64,000 nt of DNA from an uncultured delta proteobacterium (GCA_963816395.1 CAWFKQ010000010.1:64001-128000), one strand, 5' to 3'; numbered from the stretch's first letter, positions 22,094-34,469 are shown. Made by a program: numbers and translations. Notes: a model not told the origin generated them from the sequence alone.

Positions 22094-22192
22094 TTGGGGC
22101 CTCCGCGGCAGGGGTCCAAATTCGTAGTTATCTGCAACCACCCGCTCGATCCTCTCGCTGGAGGACACTGAGAGCACTCGGCAGCCATCACC

Positions 22193-23234
22193 TCAAACCA
22201 CCCGCAGCCGCCCCGCCGGCCCGGCGGCCGCCCGGCCGATCACCCAGCCGCCGGCTCCCCGGGCGTTGAGGCCGGCCAGCAGGGCTTCGGTCCGTTCGGC
22301 GGGAACCGCCATCAGCAGGCCGCCGGAGGTCTGCGGGTCGGCCAGCAGGTCGACCGTCTCCGGCTTCAGCTCCCGCCCGCCCAGAACCCGCGGCAGGTAG
22401 TATTCGCGGTTGTTGTAGCTGCCGGCCGGGATCAGCCCGGTCGCCGCCATCTCCCAGACCCGGGGGTAGACGGGCAGGGCGGCGGCCTCGATCTCCAGCA
22501 GCACGCCGCTCGCCTCGGCCATCTCCAGGGCGTGACCGAGCAGACCGAAGCCGGTGACGTCGGTGCAGGCCGACACCCCGACCTCCAGCATGACCTGGGA
22601 AGCCGCCCGGTTGAGGGTGGTCATGCCGGCAATCGCCTCGGCCATTTCCTGCTCGGTCAGCACCTCCCCCTTCAGGGCGGTGGTGAGAATCCCGGTTCCC
22701 AGCGGCTTGGTCAGCACCAGCCGGTCGCCCGGGCGGCAGCCGAGGGTGGTCACCATGCGCTGCGGGTCGACCAGGCCGGTGACCGCCAGGCCGTACTTCG
22801 GCTCCTCGTCCTCCACCGTATGGCCGCCGACCACCACCGCTCCCGCCGCGGCCACCACTTCGGCGCCGCCCCGCAGGATCGCCGCCAGCAGATCGGTCCC
22901 CAGGGCGCAGGCGGGAAAGGCCGCCAGGGCCAGGGCGGTCAGGGGAACCGCCCCCACCGCGTAGAGATCGGAGAGGGCGTTGGCGGCGGCGATGCGGCCG
23001 AAGGTTGCCGGGTCATCGACGATCGGGGTGAAGAAATCGACGGACTGCACCAGCGCCTGCCCGTCGGCAAGGCGGTAGATGCCGGCATCGGCAAAGGGAA
23101 TCGCCGCCGAAAGGTGGTTCGGGTCGTCGGTAGTCGGTAATTGACGCAGCACCTGCGCCAGCGGCCCGGGGGCCAGTTTGGCGGCTCAACCCGAGCTGCG
23201 GGCGAGGGCGGTCAGGCGGACTTTGTTCGGTCAT
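22193..23234 (-). CDS. selD: Selenophosphate synthetase, a selenoprotein (in-frame UGA = Sec at 23188-23186; a 1-bp shift near codon 4)
   Basis: KVRLTALARSSG-U-AAKLAP, SVDFFTPIVDDP, GGHT, TDVTGFGLLGH, DPQTSGGLL. Confidence 0.95.
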
Positions 23235-23313
23235 GGTTGGGCCTCGTTTGATGAAGCGAGATTGCAAGTAGCGAGGATAGGTCAGATAGAGAAATTAACT
23301 ATCTCACTACTTA

Positions 23314-25250
23314 CTACCTCACTATCTCACGGTTTTCAGCTTTCGGCAGTTTCCACGCCACCCGCGCATCCCCCTTGCGCAGGGTGTACTTGCGGGCGTC
23401 GAAATATTCGAGCAGGGCCTGCACCTGCTTGCGGGCGCTGCCCAGCAGGTCGCGGAACTCGGCCAGGGTCAGCGTCTCGTGCGCAGCGAAGTGGGTGCGC
23501 AGCAGGTCGAGGGCGCGGCGGTAGGTGTCGATGTGCAGGAAGCTCTCCTCGTTGAGCTTGACCAGCCGCTCGCGGGCGAACAGGAAGGCGAAGTAGGGCT
23601 CGGCGCGCACCGGATCGAGGCCGAGGCGCTCGAGCATTTCGCGCTTGTTCTTGGCCTGGGGGCCCTCCTCCCGGTAGGCCGCCTCGATGCGGGCGATCTC
23701 CCGTGCCTGCTCCGGCGGCGGTGCCACGACGAAGCCGGGCAAGTGCAGCCATTCTCCCTCCTGCGCCAGTTCGCCGGCGGCCAGGGCCGCTTCCAGCAGG
23801 GCGTCGAAGGCCTTCTGGGAAAGCGCGGCGGGCAGCGCCCCCTTGAGGGTGGCGCGGGGGATGCCGGGGAGCAGGGGGCTGGCGGCGTGAAAGCGGCCCG
23901 TCTCTTCCGTCAGCTGCCGGAGCCAGGCGCGCACCGTCTCCGCCGTCGCCCACTGATCGGCCAGCAGGACGACCTTTCCTTCCGCCTGCAGCGTCTGCAG
24001 GTGGCCGGCGATCCGCTCGGCGCCCATGCCGGAGAGCAGCTCCAGCTCCCTGATGCGCAGGCACCCCTGGTCGGCCACCTTCTGCAGCAGGAACGACTTC
24101 TCCCCGGACTCCAGCTCGGCCAGGGCGGCCATCACCTCCTCGCGGAAGCGGCGGTGCCGGACCGGGTTGGGATCGATCACCTGGCCGCCGCCGATGGTCG
24201 TCATCGGCGAGTAGGAGCGGACGATGAAGCGGTCCTGGCGGTGCGCCACCAGGGGCCGGTCGAGATGGATCTGGACGATGGCGCTCTCCCCCGGTTCGAG
24301 CAGCTCGCGGTCGAGCAGGGCGACGATCCCCACCACCCGGGCGGTGCCGAGATAGAAGTGCACCGGGTCGCGGAACTTCAGCGGCCGCGGCGCGGTTGCC
24401 AGCAGGGTGAGGCGGGCGTCGAGGCGCCAGGTCTGCTCGAAGATGCCGGGGGTGCCGACCACCGAGCCGCGCTGCAGCTTCTCCCGCTCAAGCCCGGCCA
24501 GATTGAGGGCGACCCGCTGGCCGGCCAGGGCCTGCTCGACCTTCTTGCCGTGCACCTGCACCTCGCGCACCCGCACCGTTTCCCCGGGCGGCAGGACCTC
24601 CACCGTGTCGCCGGCGCGCACGCTGCCGGAGAGCAGGGTGCCGGTGACCACGGTGCCGAAGCCGGGGACGGTGAAGTGGCGATCGACCGGCAGCCGCAGC
24701 GGGCCGTCGGCGTCCTTGGGGACGAGTTCCGCCACCGAGCGGCGGATCGTCTCGGTCAGCTCCGGCAGCCCCGCCCCGGTAACGGCGGAGACGCGGCAGA
24801 AGGGAGCCTCGGCGAGGAAGGTGTCCGCCACCTCCTCGCGGACCTCCTCCTCGACGATGTCGATCCAGTCCTCTTCCGCCAGGTCGCATTTGGTGAGCAC
24901 GACGATGCCGCGCTGGATGTGCAGCAGCTGCAGGATCTGCAGGTGCTCGCGGGTCTGCGGCCGCACCCCCTCCATGACGTCGATCACCAGCAGCACCAGG
25001 TCGATGCCGCCGATGCCGGCGAGCATGTTGCTGATGAAGCGCTCGTGCCCCGGCACGTCCACCACGCCGGCGATCATCCCGCCCGGCAGGCGGAAGGGGG
25101 CGAAGCCGAGGTCGATGGAGATCCCCCGCTCCTGCTCTTCCTTCAGGCGGTCGGTCTCGACGCCGGTGAGGGCGCGGATAAGGGCGGTCTTGCCGTGGTC
25201 GACGTGGCCGGCGGTGCCGATGATGATGTGGCGTTGAGGATTCGGGCCAT
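23314..25250 (-). CDS. selB: Selenocysteine-specific elongation factor (1-bp shift near the start)
   Basis: [32 protein letters not shown]-terminal winged-helix region [10 protein letters not shown]...LLEYFD. Confidence 0.96.
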
Positions 25251-25272
25251 GAAATCTCAGGTTGCGCGCGGG

Positions 25273-26689
25273 TCAGGTTGCCCTGGCGATGGCGGTGGCC
25301 AGGGCATGCAGGAGATCTTTCTCCTCCTCCGCGGCGACGGTGCGCAGGTTGAGCAGCAGGCGCTCTTCCTGGATGCGGCCGACGACCGGCGGCCGGCGCG
25401 CGGCGCAGGCGGGCGGCCAGGGCATCGGCGGAAATCTCCCGCGGCGCGACGGCCACGGCGAAGCCGGGCAGCTCAGTCAGGGGCAGGGCGCCGCCGCCGA
25501 CCTGCGAAGGCTCGGGGATGACGGCGACGGTCGCCGAGGCGCCGAGGGCGTCAGTCAGGCGGCGGGCGAAGCGGCGGCAGCGGCGGCGGATCTCTTCCGG
25601 CGAGGCGGCGAGCATGCGCAGCACCGGGATCTCCCGCACCGCCTCCTGGCGGTCGAGGTAGTGGCGCAGGGTGGCCTCCAGCGCCGCCAGGGTCAGCTTG
25701 TCGATGCGCAGGGCGCGCGCCATCGGGTGGCGGCGGATCTTCTCCACCAGCTCACGCCGGCCGACGATCAGTCCCGCCTGCGGCCCCCCCAGCAGCTTGT
25801 CGCCGCTGAAGGTGACCACGTCGATGCCGGCGGCCACCGCCTCGCGCACCGTCGGCTCCCGCGGCAGGCCGAAATCGGTCAAATCAAGCAGCATACCGCT
25901 TCCCAGATCCTCCATCACCGGCAGCCCGTGCTCGCGGCCGAGGGCAGTCAGTTCCGCCGCCGGCACCGCGGCGGTGAAGCCGATGATGCGGTAGTTGCTG
26001 GTATGGACCTTGAGCAGCAGACCGGTCTCCTCGCCGATGGCGGCGCGGTAGTCCTGCAGGTGCGTCTTGTTGGTGGCTCCCACCTCGCGCAGGCGCACGC
26101 CGCCGGCCGCCATCACCTCCGGCACCCGGAAGGCGCCGCCGATCTCCACCAGCTCGCCGCGCGACACCACCGCCTCCTTCCCCCGGGCGAGGGCGCTCAG
26201 GGCGAGCAGCACCGCCCCGGCGTTGTTGTTCACGGCGGTGGCCGCCTCGGCCCCGGTCAGTCGGCAGAGAAGGGCCTCCACGTGGCTGTAGCGATGGCCG
26301 CGCTCCCCCGTCTCCAAATCGAATTCCAGGTTGGAGTAGGAACGGGCAACCTCGGCCATGGCGCTCAGTGCGGCCCGGCTCAGGGGCGCCCGCCCCAGGT
26401 TGGTGTGCAGCAGGGTGCCGGTGGCGTTGATCACCGGCCGCAGGGAAGGGAGAAGCTTTTCCTCGGCCAGGCGGATCGTCTCCGTCGCCACCCCGGCGGC
26501 AGAGAGATCGAGCCCGGCCACGGCGTCGGGATTGCCGAGGATGGCCAGGCGCAGGCGCTCCACCGCTTCCTGGGCACTCTCCAGCAGCAGCCCGTGCGGG
26601 CAGGCATCAGCGAACTGGCGCAGGGCCGGCTCACTCAGGACGCGGTCAATGGCGGGCAGCCGCCGCAGCAGGTCTTGTCTGGCGTTCAT
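25273..26689 (-). CDS. selA: L-seryl-tRNA(Sec) selenium transferase (frameshift near 25400)
   Basis: VINATGTLLHTNLGRA, VNNNA, SRGELVEIGG, FSGDKLLGGPQ. Confidence 0.97.
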
Positions 26690-26754
26690 GGCAGGGACGA
26701 CAGGTGAGAGGGGACGAATGAGAACCAGACCTGAATAACACGATTCGGCGGAAA

Positions 26755-26928
26755 CTACAAGCCGCGGGTTGGCTTCGCGCGTTGCTCCTCCTGCTCCACG
26801 ATGACCCCGGTCGAGGATATCCTGACCCGATAGGGGAGTCCGGGGTTCAGGCCGCGCAGCCGGAACAGCCGGGCCACCTCCTGCGGCTTCTTGCCGTAAA
26901 TTTCCTCCAGCGGAAAGTCCACGCGCAT
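26755..26928 (-). CDS. 57-aa hypothetical microprotein (paralog of 40709..40873)
   Basis: Hand translation MRVDFPLEEIYGKKPQEVARLFRLRGLNPGLPYRVRISSTGVIVEQEEQRAKPTRGL; RBS GGGAGG; ~40% identical to the second copy. Confidence 0.8.
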   Translation of the reverse strand: MRVDFPLEEIYGKKPQEVARLFRLRGLNPGLPYRVRISSTGVIVEQEEQRAKPTRGL

Positions 26929-27377
26929 GGCATCCTCCCCAGTTGCGGGCGCCGGTCGCCGGGGCCGCGGGATTTGTGCCTCCGCAACCAGTTTACACCC
27001 CTCGCTGGCTTGAGCAAGAATGGGCCTGATGGAGATTATGAAACGTCGTTCTTATCTGTGCAGAAAATTCACGATAACGGGTCTCGTCGACAGGATTTTT
27101 TTGACGGCAACAGGCTTTCAGGATGACTTGAACAGTGGCATTTACCTGGGAAATCCACGGCCATGGCAAGTGGGTGCAGGCCACCTTAGTCCTGGTCATC
27201 CACAGCCCATATCCCCGCTTCATGACATTCTACGGGCCCCCCCGCAACGATCATCATCAGAAAAAATCGTCCATTGTTGCGCTAAACTCCTATCTGGCTC
27301 CATCTTCCCCTGCTGAGGGAGTGCTCCTTCCGGTCTGAAACGGAGAGGAGGGAGGGCTTCGTGATACGGGTGCCCAG

Positions 27378-30113
27378 ATGACAGAAGCGGATGTCTGTGC
27401 CGCACTGCAAAGCCGGCCAGAGGGACTGACCAGGGTGGAGGCGGCGGAGCGCCTCCGCCGCTTCGGCCCCAACCGCATCGAGAAGATTCGCGGTCGCCCG
27501 CCGGGTCTCCGGCTTCTCGCCAATTTCACCCATCTCATGGCCATTCTGCTGTGGCTCGGAGGGTTCGTCGCCCTGGTGGCCGATCTTCCCCAACTGGCCG
27601 TCGCCATCTGGACGGTCAACCTCATCAACGGCATCTTCAGCTCCTGGCAGGAATACAAGGCGGAACGAGCCATTGAGGCTTTGCAGCGGCTGCTGCCGGT
27701 GTATGCAAGGGTGCTGCGCGACGGGCGGGAAGAGCGGATCGACGTCGGAGAACTGGTGCCGGGGGACATTTTGCTCCTCGCTCCCGGCGAGCCGATTTCT
27801 GCCGATGGGCGCCTGCTGGAGGTGCACCAGTTGCAGATTGACGAATCGACGCTGACCGGCGAATCGCGTCCGGTGGGAAAACGATCGGCCCCAACCGTCA
27901 CCGGCAAGGAACGCTCCACCCGAATCTTCGCCGGGACGTGTGTGGTGGGCGGCACCGGCAAAGCGGTGGTTTCCGCCACCGGCATGGCGACCGAGTTCGG
28001 CAGGATTGCCGCATTGACGCAGGGACTGGGGAAGGAACTCAGTCCACTGCAGCGGGAAATCAGCCACCTCACCAAGGTGGTAACGGCCGTCGCCGTCAGC
28101 GTAGGTCTTCTCTTCTTCTGTCTGGCCACGCTGCTGATCGGCATGGACCTGCCGCGCAGTTTCATCTTCGGCATGGGGATGATCGTCGCTTTTGTCCCCG
28201 AGGGTCTGCTGCCGACGGTGACGTTGTCTCTGGCCATGGGAGTGCAGCGGATGGCGCGGCGCCAGGCCTTGGTCAAGCAGCTGTCCTCGGTAGAGACCCT
28301 GGGGCGCACCACCATCATCTGCACTGATAAGACCGGTACCCTGACCAAGAACGAAATGACCGTGCGGGCGATCTGGAGCGCCGGGAGGCATTATTCGGTC
28401 TCGGGAACCGGTTATGACCCTCAGGGACGGATCTACGCCGAGGGACAGCCGATTTCCCTACCCTCCGAAGGAGATCTGCGCCCGCTGCTCTTGGTCGCCG
28501 CCCTGTGCAACAACGCCCGCCGGCTGCCGCCGACGCCCGACCACTCATTGTGGCGTGTCACCGGTGATCCCACCGAAGGGGCTCTCCTGGTGGCCGCCAT
28601 CAAGGGAGGACTCGACTTGGAAAGGGAAGCCCAAAATGCGCCGCGACTCCAGGAGATCCCCTTCGAGGCGGTTCGTCGACGCATGTGCACGGTCCACCGC
28701 TGCGGCCCTGTCCGGCGGACTTTCATGAAAGGTGCCACGCACGAGGTGCTGGCCCACTGCCGGTATCTCCTCCGGCAGGGGAAGGAGGAAGAGCTTTCCG
28801 ACGCATCGCGGGCTGCCATCGTTGAGGCGATGGAGGGATACGCCCGGCAGGGACTGCGGGTGCTCGCCTTCGCCTGGGGGACTCTCCAGGATGAAACGGG
28901 CGGATCATGGGTCGAGGCGGTGGAGAATGACCTGGTTTTTCTCGGGCTGATGGCGATGCAGGATCCGCCGCGGCCGGAGGTCGCAGAGGCGGTGGACCGA
29001 TGTCACCGGGCCGGGATCCGCCTGATCATGATCAGCGGCGATTACGGTCTGACTGCCGAGGCGGTGGGGCGGCAGATCGGTCTCGTCCGGCAGGCGGCGC
29101 CGCGGGTCATCACCGGCGCCGGCCTGAACGAGATGGACGATGCCGCGCTGCGGGAGGTGCTCGGAAGCCAAGAGGTTATCCTGGCGCGGGTCGCGCCGGA
29201 GCACAAGCTGCGGATCGTCGTGGCCTTGCAACAGATGGGGCACGTCGTGGCCATGACCGGCGACGGCGTCAACGATGCTCCCGCCCTCAAACGGGCGGAG
29301 ATCGGCGTCGCCATGGGGAGGACGGGAACGGAGGTCGCCAGGGAAGCGGCAGACATGATCCTTCTCGACGATAACTTCGCCTCCATTGTGGCGGCAGTGG
29401 AGGAGGGGAGGGCGGTGTACGACAATATCCGCAAGTTCACCTCCTACATCTTCACCAGCAACACCCCGGAGGCGATTCCCTTTATCCTCTACGCCTTCAG
29501 CGGCGGCGGCATCCCGCTGGCCCTCAACATCATGCAGATCCTCTCCATCGACCTCGGCACCGACCTGGTGCCCGCTCTCGCCCTGGGACGCGAACCACCC
29601 GAACCGGGAATCATGGAGCGGCCGCCCCGCCGACTCAAGGCGCATGTCATCAACTGGCCGCTGCTCGCTCGGGCCTACCTTTGGCTCGGTCCGATCCAGG
29701 GGCTGGCGGCCATGGCGGCTTTCTACTTTCAGTTCTGGACCCACGGCTACTGGGGACAGTGGACCGGCCTGCCGGCGAGCGGTCCACTGTACGCCTCGGC
29801 GATGGCGATGGCCCTCGCCGCCGTTGTTGTCACGCAGATCGGCAACCTCTTCGCCCACCGCTCCGCCACGGTATCCCTGTGGCGCCTGAGCTGGCGATCC
29901 AACCGCTTCCTTTGGGTGGGCATCGCCACGGAACTGACCCTGGTAGCGGCGATCATTTATCTGCCGCCCTTCCAGAGAATCTTCGACACCGCATCCTTTT
30001 CGCTGGTTAACTGGCTGTTTCTGCTCGCCTGGCTGCCGGCCCTGCCGCTGGTGGACGAAGCGCGCAAGGCCCTTCTGGTCTCTCGCCGCGCTTCCAGTTC
30101 CGTTGGTGCTTAA
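27378..30113 (+). CDS. Cation-transporting P-type ATPase, type II (IIC / Na,K-ATPase-like motifs)
   Basis: TGES, VPEGLLPTVT, DKTGTLT, MTGDGVNDAPALK, TSNTPE, IDLGTD. Confidence 0.93.
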   Translation: MTEADVCAALQSRPEGLTRVEAAERLRRFGPNRIEKIRGRPPGLRLLANFTHLMAILLWLGGFVALVADLPQLAVAIWTVNLINGIFSSWQEYKAERAIEALQRLLPVYARVLRDGREERIDVGELVPGDILLLAPGEPISADGRLLEVHQLQIDESTLTGESRPVGKRSAPTVTGKERSTRIFAGTCVVGGTGKAVVSATGMATEFGRIAALTQGLGKELSPLQREISHLTKVVTAVAVSVGLLFFCLATLLIGMDLPRSFIFGMGMIVAFVPEGLLPTVTLSLAMGVQRMARRQALVKQLSSVETLGRTTIICTDKTGTLTKNEMTVRAIWSAGRHYSVSGTGYDPQGRIYAEGQPISLPSEGDLRPLLLVAALCNNARRLPPTPDHSLWRVTGDPTEGALLVAAIKGGLDLEREAQNAPRLQEIPFEAVRRRMCTVHRCGPVRRTFMKGATHEVLAHCRYLLRQGKEEELSDASRAAIVEAMEGYARQGLRVLAFAWGTLQDETGGSWVEAVENDLVFLGLMAMQDPPRPEVAEAVDRCHRAGIRLIMISGDYGLTAEAVGRQIGLVRQAAPRVITGAGLNEMDDAALREVLGSQEVILARVAPEHKLRIVVALQQMGHVVAMTGDGVNDAPALKRAEIGVAMGRTGTEVAREAADMILLDDNFASIVAAVEEGRAVYDNIRKFTSYIFTSNTPEAIPFILYAFSGGGIPLALNIMQILSIDLGTDLVPALALGREPPEPGIMERPPRRLKAHVINWPLLARAYLWLGPIQGLAAMAAFYFQFWTHGYWGQWTGLPASGPLYASAMAMALAAVVVTQIGNLFAHRSATVSLWRLSWRSNRFLWVGIATELTLVAAIIYLPPFQRIFDTASFSLVNWLFLLAWLPALPLVDEARKALLVSRRASSSVGA

Positions 30114-30258
30114 GGAGAATGGATTCCGTGTGGGTCGAAATCGGGACGCAATAGAGGGAACTCGAACCGCTAGGCAAACGGGAGGCGCTTCAACCGGGCG
30201 CGCCGCCATGAGGTAGAGTAGTTAGGAATCCTCGGGAATATCGCTAGGAGGGTCACCC

Positions 30259-32792
30259 ATGAAACTTTCCGCCTATCTGCCCCGTGCGCTCCCCGCCGGC
30301 CTCGAAATCACTGGCCGATCTCGCCACGGATCTGCGCTGGACCTGGAGCCACGAGAGCGATGCCCTGTGGCGGGCGATGGATCCCGAGGTCTGGGAGCAG
30401 ACGAAAAATCCCTATGTGGTGCTGCAATATCTCACCGAAGAGCGCCTGGCGGAACTGGCCGCCGATCCCGGCTTCAAGGACCACCTGCGGCGTCTGGACG
30501 GCGGCGCGGCAGGAATATCTTTCCCAGCCCGGCTGGTACGGCGAGAGCCATGGCGAACAGGGGGTTAAAGGGATCGCCTATTTCAGCATGGAGTTCGGCC
30601 TGGGCGAGGCGCTCCCCCTCTACGCCGGCGGCCTGGGCATTCTGGCCGGCGACTACCTCAAGGCGGCCAGCGACCTCGGCGTGCCGGTCATCGGCGTCGG
30701 CCTGCTGTACCAGGAAGGCTACTTCCGCCAGGTCCTCGATGCGGCCGGCTGGCAGCAGGAGGCCTATCCCTTCAACGACCCCACCACCCTTCCCGTTTTG
30801 CCCGTCGAGGCGGCCTCCGGCGCCTGGCTCCGGGTGCCGGTCGAGCTGCCGGGGCGGGCCGTGCGCTGCCGGGTCTGGCAGGCGCAGGTCGGGCGGGTGG
30901 TCCTCTACCTGCTCGACAGCAACGATCCGCTGAACAGTCCCGTCGACCGCGGCATCACCGGCAAGCTCTACGGCGGCGGGGAGGAGATGCGCCTGGTGCA
31001 GGAGATCGTCCTGGGCATCGGCGGCTGGCGGCTCATCGAAGCCCTCGACCTGCCGATCGAGGTGTGCCATCTCAACGAGGGGCACGCGGCCTTCGTCACG
31101 CTGGAGCGGGCCCGCCAGTTCATGCAGGCAGCAGAAGACCGGGTTCCGGGAGGCGCTGTGGGCTACGCGCCCCGGCAACCTTTTCACCACCCACACCCCC
31201 GTCGCCGCCGGCTTCGATACCTACCCGGCCGAACTGGTGGCCAGGTACGGTCTGCATTATGCCGAACGGCTGGGCGTTTCTCTCCAGGAGCTGGCCGCGC
31301 TGGGACGCCGCGACTCCGCGGACCCCGAGGAGCCCTTCAACATGGCCTGGCTGGCCGCGCGCACCTGCGGCGCCATCAACGGCGTCAGCCGTCTGCACGG
31401 CGAGGTCAGCCGCCGCATCTTCCAGGACCTCTACCCGCGCTGGCCGCCCAGGGAGGTGCCGGTCACCCATGTCACCAACGGCGTGCACGTCCCTTCCTGG
31501 GATTCTCCCTGGGCGGATGAGATCTGGACGCGCTCCTGCGGCAAGGACCGCTGGCGGGGAGCGCTGGAGCCGATGCTCGACGGCGATCGGCGACCTGGGC
31601 GACGAGGAGCTGTGGGACTTCGTCGCCTGGGAGCGCAAGCGATCTGGTTGGCCACGCCCGCGAGCAGCTGGCGCGCCAGCTCGGCAGCCGCGGCGCCGAT
31701 CCGGAGACCATCGCCGCGGCCGGGCAGGTGCTCGATCCGAACGTGCTGACCCTCGGCTTCGCCCGCCGCTTTACCGAGTACAAGCGCCCGGGGCTGCTGC
31801 TGCACGACCCCGACCGGCTGATCGCGCCTGCTGAACGATCCGGAGCGGCCGGTGCAGCTCATCGTCGCCGGCAAGGCCCATCCCCAGGACGAGGCCGGAA
31901 AGCGCTGCATCCAGCAATGGGCGCAGTTCGTGCGGCGCCCGGAGGTCCGCCGCCGCGTCGTCTTCCTGGAGGACTACGACATCGCCCTGGCGCAGGAACT
32001 GGTGCAGGGGGTGGACGTGTGGCTCAACACGCCGCGCCGCCCCTGGGAGGCCTGCGGCACCAGCGGCATGAAGGTGCTGGTCAACGGCGGGCTGAACCTC
32101 TCCGACGCTCGACGGCTGGTGGGCCGAGGCCTACACCGCGGAGGTCGGCTGGGCGCTGGGGGACGGCCGGGAGCACGGAGCGGAAAGGGACGCGGCGGAG
32201 GCGGACGAACTCTATCGGCTGCTGGAAAAAGAGGTCGTGCCGCTGTTCTACAGCCGCGACGCCGCCGGCATTCCGCGGGGCTGGGTCGCCCGCATGCGGG
32301 CCAGCATGGCGCAGCTCGCGGCCCCGGTTCAGCGCCAACCGCATGGTGCGGGACTACGTGGAAAAGCTCTACCTCCCGGCGGCGCAGGCCTTCCGCGAGC
32401 GGACGGCCGAAGGGGAGGGACTGGCCCGGCAGCTGCGGCAATGGGAAGTGCTGGTCCGGCGGCAATGGCATTTCATGCATTGGGGCAAGAAGGAGTTCCG
32501 AGCCGAGGGAAATGACCTGGTGGTCATGGTGCAGCTTTATCTGGGCGAACTGCCGCCGGAGCTGGTGCAGGTGCAGCTCTATGCGGAACCGGTGGGAGAT
32601 GGGGAGGCGGTGCGAATGCCCATGGAACGCGGCGCCGCCATTGCCGGGGCCCTCAACGGCTTTCTGTACGGCTGCCGGGTGGCCGGGGATCGTCCTCCCC
32701 GTGATTACACGCCGCGGGTCATTCCCTATCATCCCAAAGCCCGGGTCCCGGCGGAGCTGAACCTCATCAGCTGGTGGCCGGGGGCGTCCTGA
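30259..32792 (+). CDS. glgP: Alpha-glucan (glycogen/maltodextrin) phosphorylase (multiple frameshifts)
   Basis: AYFSMEFGL, YAGGLGILAGD, HLNEGH, GFARRFTEYKR, EACGTSGMK. Confidence 0.9.
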
Positions 32793-32848
32793 GGGTCATT
32801 TTCGCAGCGGGACAGGGGGAGGCCGTCCGGACGGGCTAAATTTCTACG

Positions 32849-33852
32849 ATGGGGTGTCGCGTGGGCACGTCAGAACCGAAGCGAAAATGGCTGGGCAGCG
32901 GCTGGATCGGTGGTCTGATCCTGCTGCTGGGAGTGATCGCTCTGATTGCGGGGCGCGCCGAGGAGCGGCAGTTCGTCGAGATCTTTTACCGCTCGGCTCC
33001 CCGATGGCTTCTCGTGGCCGCGATTCTGCAGGCGCTGACCTACGTCTGCACGGCGGCGGGATGGCAGCTTACTCCTCCGTTTCGGGCAGTATCGTCCTTG
33101 CGGGGACTGATCCGCTGGGACTGGCCAAACTCTTCACCGACCAGGCCGTTCCGGCGGCGGGACTGAGCGGCAACCTGCTTCTGGTGCATGCGTTCAGCCG
33201 CCGGCAGATTCCCCGGGAGGCGGCTATGGGGACGATCCTGGTCGGGATGGTCGCCTATTTCGGTGCCTTTGTCCTTTGCGTTGTCGCGGTCTTGCTGATC
33301 CTCTGGCTCTGGGGGGATTTGAATCGACTGCTCCTTGCCTGGCCACCGCCTTTTCCCTGATGGCGGTGATGGTGCCCGTGGGGGTTTTCTGGCTCGGCCG
33401 GCACCCCGGTTCCCGCCGTGGTTGCGCAAGTTTCCGCTGGCCCAGGAAATGCTGGCCGCCATGGAGGCGACGCCGTCGCGGGTTCTGGGCGACCTGGTTC
33501 TCATCGTCCGGGTGGTGGCCTGGGAAGCAGCGGTTTTCGCGCTCGATGCGTTCACCCTTTTCGTGATGTTGCGGGCGGTGGGCAGTCCCACCGGCTTCGC
33601 CCCCGCCTTCGCCTGCTTCCTCATCGCCTCCGTCTTCGCCACCCTCATGGTGGTGCCGGGCGGCCTGGGGACCTTCGAGGGTGCATCGGTCGCCATGCTC
33701 CACCTCTTCGGCGTCCCCCTCGCCGCGGCGCTGGCCGCCACCTGCTGCTGCGCGGTTTCACCTTCTGGCTGCCGATGCTGCCGGGGCTATGGCTCGCCCG
33801 CCGGGAAATGGCCCCGAGTGAAGACCGACCGGACAGGGAGGCGAAGCGGTGA
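32849..33852 (+). CDS. Lysylphosphatidylglycerol-synthase-TM (flippase-like) membrane protein, frameshifted
   Basis: Multi-TM; WLLVAAILQALTY, PGGLGTFEGASVAML, LLLRGFTFWLP. Confidence 0.7.
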
Positions 33853-34330
33853 ATGGAAACAACGGCTGGCCGCCTGGTGGAGCCTGCCTGCCGAGGAACT
33901 GATCCGGCTGCTGCAGACCACCCCCTTGGGGCTTTCGGCGGCGGAGGCGGCGGCCCGCCGGCAGTGAGTCCCGGGCCGCACCGATTCCAGCGAGCGCCTC
34001 CGCAGGGACCTGCGCCTTTTCCTCTCCCAGTTCAAAAGCCCCATCATCCTGATTCTGCTTTTTGCCGCCGGCCTCTCCCTGTTCCTCCGCGACACCACCG
34101 ATGCCCTGATCATCTTCGCCATCGTCGGGATCAGCGGCCTCCTCGGTTTCTGGCAGGAGCGGGGCGCTTCGGATGCGGTGGCCAGACTGCTGGCCCTGGT
34201 CCAGGTCCACGCCACGGTGGTGCGCGATGGCCGGGAGCAGGAGATCCCCATGCAGGAGGTGGTCCCGGGCGACCTCGTCCTGTTGAGCGCCGGGGACCGG
34301 ATTCCGGGAGACTGCCGGATTACCGAGAGC
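33818..34330 (+). pseudogene. N-terminal fragment of an MgtA-like P-type ATPase (in-frame TGA at 33965, truncated)
   Basis: GLSAAEAAAR, FLSQFKSPIILILL, GFWQE, VVPGDLVLLSAGDRIPGDCR, then similarity stops; no DKTGT follows. Confidence 0.75.
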
Positions 34331-34469
34331 ATTGTGTCTCCCCCGACCAGTTCACCAGCCTGGTGCGCCGGGACCGGGTTCGGGGTGGCGGAGATCGGCT
34401 TGGTTTCCTGCCCGGACCGGATATGCTTGGTTCATGCGAGGATTGGCAAACTCCGGGAAGGAGCGAGCG

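Noticed and set aside
27020..27338. Small ORFs upstream of the P-type ATPase
   Set aside because: No recognisable motif and atypical codon usage; could be a frameshifted short gene but cannot be supported
26700..27370. attR duplication of the selC 3' end, or an integrase
   Set aside because: Only a short gattc-ggcgg resemblance near 26742; no T-arm repeat and no recombinase in the window
33965..33967. In-frame TGA in the MgtA-like fragment as a selenocysteine codon
   Set aside because: Not at a conserved Cys or redox position, and the gene is truncated anyway
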